Assembly (NCBI GenBank): GCA_045638165.1
Contig: JAZUAV010000040.1
Span: 1 to 49,952, forward strand
Length of the DNA: 49,952 nt
Origin: Methanobrevibacter sp.
GTDB taxonomy: Archaea > Methanobacteriota > Methanobacteria > Methanobacteriales > Methanobacteriaceae
Direction: 5' to 3'
Below, in pieces: positions 44,055 through 49,952 of the stretch; position 1 is the first letter of the stretch, and every line of letters begins with the position of its first letter. Below the pieces are notes generated by a model. That model saw only the letters and a program-made list of their open reading frames with translations. It made no database searches and was not told where the DNA came from. The position numbers and the translations under genes were made by a program.

Positions 44055-46697
44055 TCAATCTAATATACATTTACTTTCATCGCCAACCATGTCATGATAA
44101 AATTCAAGTTTTTTATCTCCAAAATCAACAACATGAATCATATCATAAACATCATCATCTAATTCAGAATTAATTTCATGCAATTTATTTGGCAAATCTT
44201 TAATTAAATCTTTATTAAACTCCAATCTTTTATCATTTTCAAAAATAGCCCCATAATAAATGTCCGCTTCAACCAAATCCTGGAACATGTGGCTTCCAAA
44301 GGACAGTTCCGGAACATAACCTACTTTACTGTAAGACTCTTCCAAAATAGCTCTAAATTGACTAATTTCTGCAAATACAACAGGAATTCCGAGTTCTGGA
44401 GAAGATGTTCCTATTCTTCCAGGGACAATAAGCATGGAAGTTTTTTCATTTTCCTTACAATAAGCATTTATTTCGCCTATTATTCTTGCAATTAAACTTT
44501 TTTTAGCGTAGGGATATTCATAATACTTATGAGAATCAACATATACAAGAGTATCGATATTTTCTTTTCTTGATCTTCCCATTGATGCATTTTTGATATG
44601 GAAATAAGTTTCACCAACGTCTTTTGGAATCTCAATTACTTCCTTAGTTGTTGATATCTGTAAAGGCCTGCATTGTAAAAGATTGACTACAAATGAATTA
44701 TCCGGACCAATATTTACAGTATATTCAACATCAACTGGATAGTCATAAGCGTTTTCAAGAGTTTTAAGCAACCCTTTCATCATATTAATAAATTTATCAT
44801 TATTAACAATTCCATTACAATTTACAAATACGATTTCTCTTCTTCTTCCCCTTTCCCTGAATCTCCTCTCGGCTTCGGTATCATGCTCAATTACTGGCCG
44901 TTTAGCATACCTTGGAAGAACTTCAAGACCTTCTTCAACCGGAATTTCATGTAGAGAAATTTCTTTTAAATCCAAGACATCAAGGGAATGCTGTGAGTAT
45001 TTATGGCGCTCCGCAACATCCGGATGATCAATTGCATGAGGCCTGTCCAGGTTAATGATTCTCGGATAATCATTTTGTGTCCTGTCCACCGCTTTGGTAC
45101 CTAAACCCATTACAAGCCTAAGCATCCCGCCATTGTGCCCCATATCCGGTTGCGGTGAATATGGAGAGTAGGAAAATCCAACTCCAGCAATTGTTGGGAA
45201 GAAGTAATCTTCATAATAAGAACCGGAAACCCTTTGAACTAGAAGGCCCATTTGCTCATCACAATCATCCAAATCATTTAATGACCTATATTCTAGAGCT
45301 GAAATGTTCATTGTACTTGCATAAACTGTTTTAACAGCTTCTTCAAAGGCTTCCAATCTATCTTCAAGAGAACCCCTGTTGACACAGAATACGGATTCAT
45401 ATTTTCCAGCAAATGCATTCCCGAATCCATCCTCCAAAAGACTGCTTGAGCGGACAATGATTGGGCTTTGACCGAAGTAATCTAAAACCCTTCTAAATTC
45501 ATTTTTAATGCTATCAGGAAAAACACCATTTTTAAGTCCTTCTTCAAGTTCCTTACCTGCCTCATAGTAACCTTCTTTAGTTCTCTGTTTTACGCGAATA
45601 TTCCACAAATCATTATAAACAATGTAAGTATAAAACAAATCGGAACCAATGTAAAACGAATCATCAGGTTCAAAGTTTTCATATAAGTCCGGACGGTCCT
45701 TTTCTATTATTTTACGAGCCAAAAGCATACCACATGCCTTACCACCAATCATTCCGCTTCCAACCAAACGATTGTAGATGCTAATGTAGTCTTCATAGTC
45801 AAAGTATTGTTTAATCTTTTCTATGACCTTGTCGTCTTTTGCCATCATCATGGAACACATCAAATCACATTTATCCGATACATCAACTCCATTTTGGTGT
45901 AGAAGTTCAGTAGCTGTAAAGAATCTCTCCCAACTGTCAGTGTTTTGCTCATTGTTAAATGCTGATGCGGAATTAATTACCTGGTAAAACTTGGAAACTT
46001 CCATACCATCCGTCAAAGTTGTAACCTCTCCGGTTTCGGGATTATACTTATGTCCCAAAAACATTGTCTGAGAATATCTATTCCAAACTTTTAGAGGATG
46101 AACATAAACATCATTTTTATTGGAGTATACGTCCAGAAACAACTGTGTTGTTTCCCTTATTTTTGCAATTGACTCGAATGAATGCTTTCCACGGATAACC
46201 GGGAAAAATGCTACTGTATCAAGGATGAATAGATAAGGACATGTGACCCTGAAAAAATTACCCATCATCAAATCTGTTGCCCATGCCGCCTGCAAGTCTG
46301 AAAGGCAATCAAAGACATAAAATGCGTCAAATCCTTCTTTTGTAATGATGTTGTGAACTTCAAGTGTAAATGACTCAAATTGTTCCATTGGATCGACTTT
46401 ATAAATTTTAATCCCATCTTTTTCAATCATTGCAAATTCAGTATCCTGATTGTTTCTTTCTGCTTCCAATCTTTCAAAATCCTCATCAGTCATGTCGATT
46501 AATGGTTCGTGTTGTCCGAAATTTATGTAAATTAAATTTCTTTTGTCTTCTAATGCTTGTTTTACATAAGGATTTACAAAATAAGAAAATTCTTTTAAAT
46601 TTGAAACCTGCCATACTACATTATCGCCTAAACGAATATTATCTAATGTTTCATCTAACTCATCAATTCCTGACTTAATTCTTTCAAATGCAGCCAT
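44055..46697 (-). CDS. PPDK/PEP-synthase-like ATP-grasp protein with N-terminal degenerate RecA/KaiC-like domain
   Basis: IKSGIDELD N-terminus; IGGKACG, VRSSSLLED, FAGKYES and DVEY..LLQCRP; C-terminal SFGSHMFQ; no pyruvate-binding TIM barrel. Confidence 0.75.
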   Translation of the reverse strand: MAAFERIKSGIDELDETLDNIRLGDNVVWQVSNLKEFSYFVNPYVKQALEDKRNLIYINFGQHEPLIDMTDEDFERLEAERNNQDTEFAMIEKDGIKIYKVDPMEQFESFTLEVHNIITKEGFDAFYVFDCLSDLQAAWATDLMMGNFFRVTCPYLFILDTVAFFPVIRGKHSFESIAKIRETTQLFLDVYSNKNDVYVHPLKVWNRYSQTMFLGHKYNPETGEVTTLTDGMEVSKFYQVINSASAFNNEQNTDSWERFFTATELLHQNGVDVSDKCDLMCSMMMAKDDKVIEKIKQYFDYEDYISIYNRLVGSGMIGGKACGMLLARKIIEKDRPDLYENFEPDDSFYIGSDLFYTYIVYNDLWNIRVKQRTKEGYYEAGKELEEGLKNGVFPDSIKNEFRRVLDYFGQSPIIVRSSSLLEDGFGNAFAGKYESVFCVNRGSLEDRLEAFEEAVKTVYASTMNISALEYRSLNDLDDCDEQMGLLVQRVSGSYYEDYFFPTIAGVGFSYSPYSPQPDMGHNGGMLRLVMGLGTKAVDRTQNDYPRIINLDRPHAIDHPDVAERHKYSQHSLDVLDLKEISLHEIPVEEGLEVLPRYAKRPVIEHDTEAERRFRERGRRREIVFVNCNGIVNNDKFINMMKGLLKTLENAYDYPVDVEYTVNIGPDNSFVVNLLQCRPLQISTTKEVIEIPKDVGETYFHIKNASMGRSRKENIDTLVYVDSHKYYEYPYAKKSLIARIIGEINAYCKENEKTSMLIVPGRIGTSSPELGIPVVFAEISQFRAILEESYSKVGYVPELSFGSHMFQDLVEADIYYGAIFENDKRLEFNKDLIKDLPNKLHEINSELDDDVYDMIHVVDFGDKKLEFYHDMVGDESKCILD

Positions 46698-46906
46698 TAT
46701 AAAAACTCCATTAATGTTCAGTTTTTTCTTTAAATTAATTCTTATTTTGAAGTATATTCAATTTAATATATAAAAATATTGAATACCATTTAATTTGTCG
46801 GCAAAATGACTTCCGAATGACGAATGGACAACAATAATAACCTAGAAATAAAAAATTGTATTTATTATAAACAATATAATAACAACATCATTTAAAAGGT
46901 GAATAT

Positions 46907-48160
46907 ATGGAAGAAGAATACTTGACGGTATCTCAAGTAAATGCCTACATCAACAGAATGCTGAAGGGAGATGCAAATCTAAAAAGCATCTATATCAAAG
47001 GCGAAATATCCAATTATAAGACATATCCCAGCGGACACAGCTATTTTACCTTAAAGGATGAAAAATCACAAATTCCTGCAGTAATGTTTAAAGGCAGGAA
47101 AGCCGGCCTTAAATTCAAACCAGAAAATGGGATGAAAGTGATTGTCAAAGGTAAAATTGAAGTCTATGAAAGAGATGGAAAATACCAGTTATATGCTTCA
47201 AGGATTACTGAAGACGGAATTGGAGCACTGCATGTCGCTTTTGAACAGCTTAAGAAAAAACTTGATAAGGAAGGATTATTTGACGATGCCCACAAAAAGG
47301 AAATACCAAAATATCCCAGAAAGATTGGAGTCATTACCGCACAGACAGGAGCTGCAATAAGGGATATCATAACGACAATTGAGAAAAGATATCCCTACTG
47401 TGAAATCCTTGTCTTTTCAACACTGGTTCAGGGAAATCAAGCAGCCCCACAGATTGTAAGAAAAATCAAATATGCCCAACAGTTTGACATCGATACATTG
47501 ATTATCGGTCGTGGAGGAGGAAGCATAGAGGATTTGTGGCCATTCAATGAGGAGATTGTTGCAAGGGCAATCTATGAGTGTGAAATTCCAGTCATCAGTG
47601 CAGTAGGCCATGAAGTCGACTTTACAATATCTGATTTTGTAGCTGACGCGAGAGCCCCGACACCCACAGGAGCTGGAATGATGGCCGTCCCGGATGCCGG
47701 TGAAGTCGAATACAAAATATCTCAATTGTCTGTAAGATTGAACAATAACATTAACGACATGGTTAAGCAGAATAGAACCAAATTAGAAAACATTTCCCAA
47801 AAGCAGATTCTGAAAAATCCCGAATCAATCTATGAGATTAAGGGAATGCATCTGGACAATCTGGTTACCAAATTGGAGCTTACATCCAAAGGCATCATTA
47901 CTGAAAACAGAAACAAATTGTTAGGATTGGAAAACAAAAATATCCTGAAAAATCCAAGTGAAATAATCAGAATGAAAAGAGAGCCATATTTAAGGAATGT
48001 TGACAAATTAAATGTCTTAAATCCTCTTTTGACATTGAAAAGAGGTTATACATTAACAAAAGTGGAAGGAAAAGTAGTATCTTCATCAAAAGATGTGAAG
48101 ATAGGAGATCAACTTGATGTTGAATTTGATGATGGAATCGTAAATACAAGGGTGATATAA
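46907..48160 (+). CDS. xseA: Exodeoxyribonuclease VII large subunit
   Basis: GEISN..SGH.YFTLKD OB-fold; GAAIRDI, RGGGSIEDLW.FN, SAVGHEVD, D.RAPTPT and L.RGY. Confidence 0.95.
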   Translation: MEEEYLTVSQVNAYINRMLKGDANLKSIYIKGEISNYKTYPSGHSYFTLKDEKSQIPAVMFKGRKAGLKFKPENGMKVIVKGKIEVYERDGKYQLYASRITEDGIGALHVAFEQLKKKLDKEGLFDDAHKKEIPKYPRKIGVITAQTGAAIRDIITTIEKRYPYCEILVFSTLVQGNQAAPQIVRKIKYAQQFDIDTLIIGRGGGSIEDLWPFNEEIVARAIYECEIPVISAVGHEVDFTISDFVADARAPTPTGAGMMAVPDAGEVEYKISQLSVRLNNNINDMVKQNRTKLENISQKQILKNPESIYEIKGMHLDNLVTKLELTSKGIITENRNKLLGLENKNILKNPSEIIRMKREPYLRNVDKLNVLNPLLTLKRGYTLTKVEGKVVSSSKDVKIGDQLDVEFDDGIVNTRVI

Positions 48161-48379
48161 ATGGAAAATTTAAGTTTTGAAGAAAGTTTGGAAAAATTGG
48201 AAGAAATCGTGAAGAAATTAGAAAACGGCGATGTGCCATTGGATGATGCAATTGACGAATTTGGAAATGCAATGCAACTGGTTAAGATTTGTGAAGACAA
48301 ATTATCAAAAGCAGAAGAGTCAATTGCAAAAATCGTTCAGGACAATGGTGAAATTGAAGAGTTTGATATTAACGAATAG
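48161..48379 (+). CDS. xseB: Exodeoxyribonuclease VII small subunit
   Basis: SFEESLEKLEEIVKKLE.G..PLDDAI..F; starts immediately after xseA. Confidence 0.93.
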   Translation: MENLSFEESLEKLEEIVKKLENGDVPLDDAIDEFGNAMQLVKICEDKLSKAEESIAKIVQDNGEIEEFDINE

Positions 48380-49371
48380 CTTATCCAATATTCCAATAAT
48401 GTTTTTATTGGATAACTATTACAATTTTTAATTATTTTATTAGTCAACATTAACGCATCTTCTTTTTTAATCAAACCATTATCAACTTCATCTATCAAAT
48501 TCAAAACGGATGTTGTAATGGCAACATTATCTTGTTTTTTCATTTCTTTTTGCAATTCAGAAATAAATTCAATTTTATCACAATCCAAAGAATCATAAAA
48601 TTCATTGATATCGAGAGAATAACGATTCAATCTCACCAAAACATTTGATTGTGATTTTGGAGATATCCAAACCTGCTTTTTAATAGCGTTCCTAACAGAT
48701 TCAATTACACACCTCCCAATAAGTTCACCTAGCTTAGAATGCTTTCCGGCATTTGTTAAAATGTTGTTAGATTCCAAATTAGAAAATACACATAAACCAT
48801 CAGTTCCAGTCCCTGTTGCATAACCGTTAGAGTATTGTGAAGGTATTTTTAAATCATTCAATGCAACTGATTTCGCTTCAGTGGCTGTCATAAATGCATC
48901 AAGCAATGTTTCATAACCTAGATTTGCATTGATTAATATTATCGTATTTATGGTACCGAATTTCCCGTTTTCTTCATAGAACGATGCAGGGTCCCCCGCC
49001 CTTACTGCATTGGTCCTAACACCTGCCGTTGTTAGTGCAGTGACTTCCAGGTTTTTATAAGATTTTGTCACAATACTTACATGATTCATTTTAGCAAGTG
49101 TGGTAAGACCACAGGAAGTGGCATAATCAATATCCAATGATTTGCAATGATTTATCAAGTATTCACATACATCATGATTTTCAAGATAGTCAATATTTTC
49201 TTGTGATAGATGGTGGTTAAAAACACTTTTGAAATTATCGGAAAATCCCCCATTTAGTTTGGATGTGGAAATTCCATTACGTTTAACATTAAACTTAACA
49301 AAAATAGTATCCTTTAAGTAATATACTTCATCATCAACTGATGTTTTAAAAATAATCCTATTCGAAAACAT
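48337..49371 (-). CDS. cbiZ: Adenosylcobinamide amidohydrolase
   Basis: STS.LNGG, TAGV..NA..AG, GTIN, TATEAK, ATGTGTD and AGKHSKLGELIG. Confidence 0.88.
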   Translation of the reverse strand: MFSNRIIFKTSVDDEVYYLKDTIFVKFNVKRNGISTSKLNGGFSDNFKSVFNHHLSQENIDYLENHDVCEYLINHCKSLDIDYATSCGLTTLAKMNHVSIVTKSYKNLEVTALTTAGVRTNAVRAGDPASFYEENGKFGTINTIILINANLGYETLLDAFMTATEAKSVALNDLKIPSQYSNGYATGTGTDGLCVFSNLESNNILTNAGKHSKLGELIGRCVIESVRNAIKKQVWISPKSQSNVLVRLNRYSLDINEFYDSLDCDKIEFISELQKEMKKQDNVAITTSVLNLIDEVDNGLIKKEDALMLTNKIIKNCNSYPIKTLLEYWISYSLISNSSISPLS

Positions 49372-49415
49372 AAAAAATAAAAAAAGAAAAGAAATTAATT
49401 AAAATTTCTTTATGC

Positions 49416-49952
49416 TTACATCATTGGAGGCATTCCGCCCATTGCGGAAGGGTCCATACCCATATCTTCAGGGCCTTTAGTAGATGCAATCACGTCATCG
49501 ATTCTTAAAATCATTTCAGCTGCTTCAGATGCAGATTGAATAGCTTGTTTTTTAACACGTTTAGGTTCAATTACACCAGCTTCTTTCATGTCTGCTACTT
49601 CACCAGTGAATACATCTAATCCCATGTAGAATGAATCTTCTTGTGCTGCTCTTAAATCTACTAAGGAGTCGATACTGTCTAAACCTGCATTTTCAGCTAA
49701 GGTTTTTGGTACGATTTCTAAAGCTTCTGCAAATGCGTTTACAGCTAATTGTTCTCTTCCAGAAATGGATTCTGCATAATCTTTGAGTTTTTTAGCCATT
49801 GCTATTTCAGGAGCTCCTCCACCTGCAACAACTTGGTCATCTTCTACAGTAGCTGCTACTACACCAATAGCATCTTCAATTGCTCTTACGATTTCATCTA
49901 CGATGTGTTTGGTACTTCCTCTTACGAATAATGTTACGGATTTAGCTCCGCT
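49416..49952 (-). CDS. Thermosome (group II chaperonin) subunit, 3' part; gene extends beyond the window
   Basis: [44 protein letters not shown] and GM-rich tail. Confidence 0.95.
   Translation of the reverse strand, partial: SGAKSVTLFVRGSTKHIVDEIVRAIEDAIGVVAATVEDDQVVAGGGAPEIAMAKKLKDYAESISGREQLAVNAFAEALEIVPKTLAENAGLDSIDSLVDLRAAQEDSFYMGLDVFTGEVADMKEAGVIEPKRVKKQAIQSASEAAEMILRIDDVIASTKGPEDMGMDPSAMGGMPPMM

Noticed and set aside
46793..46826. Weak stem ATTTGTC...GACGAAT upstream of xseA
   Set aside because: Short and imperfect; not distinguishable from chance.

Overview
AT-rich chromosomal segment of a hydrogenotrophic methanogenic archaeon. Gene content (hdrBC, methanogenesis markers, 2-phosphoglycerate kinase, thermosome, archaeal SRP RNA) points to Methanobacteriales, most likely Methanobrevibacter. 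Most of the window is core housekeeping or methanogenesis: radical SAM, aminotransferase and CDF genes, tRNA-Ser(GCT) plus SRP RNA, hdrCB, dph5/trm5, mtnA, ppaC, the mmp3-6-5-15-17-nifB cluster, mmp2, nob1, pyrE, xseAB, cbiZ and a thermosome subunit. The standout accessory block (about 17.6-30.8 kb) is a bacterial-type secondary-metabolite locus. It has a 2585-aa two-module NRPS (C-C*-A-T-C-A-T-R) whose first A domain lacks the amino-binding Asp, followed by a MATE exporter carrying a degenerate RsbW-like domain and an esterase. Divergently encoded are a STAS anti-anti-sigma protein, an RsbW-like kinase, a decayed RsbU-type phosphatase and an Sfp-type PPTase. This is a partner-switching circuit in an organism without sigma factors. 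Other observations not in the ORF track: a small RHH gene with an operator-like inverted repeat, a multi-hairpin candidate RNA upstream of mtnA, two RBS-backed starts in hdrC, a perfect palindrome at the hdrC promoter, and phased 11-bp repeats ahead of three wHTH regulators. All calls come from motif reading only; no database searches were run.
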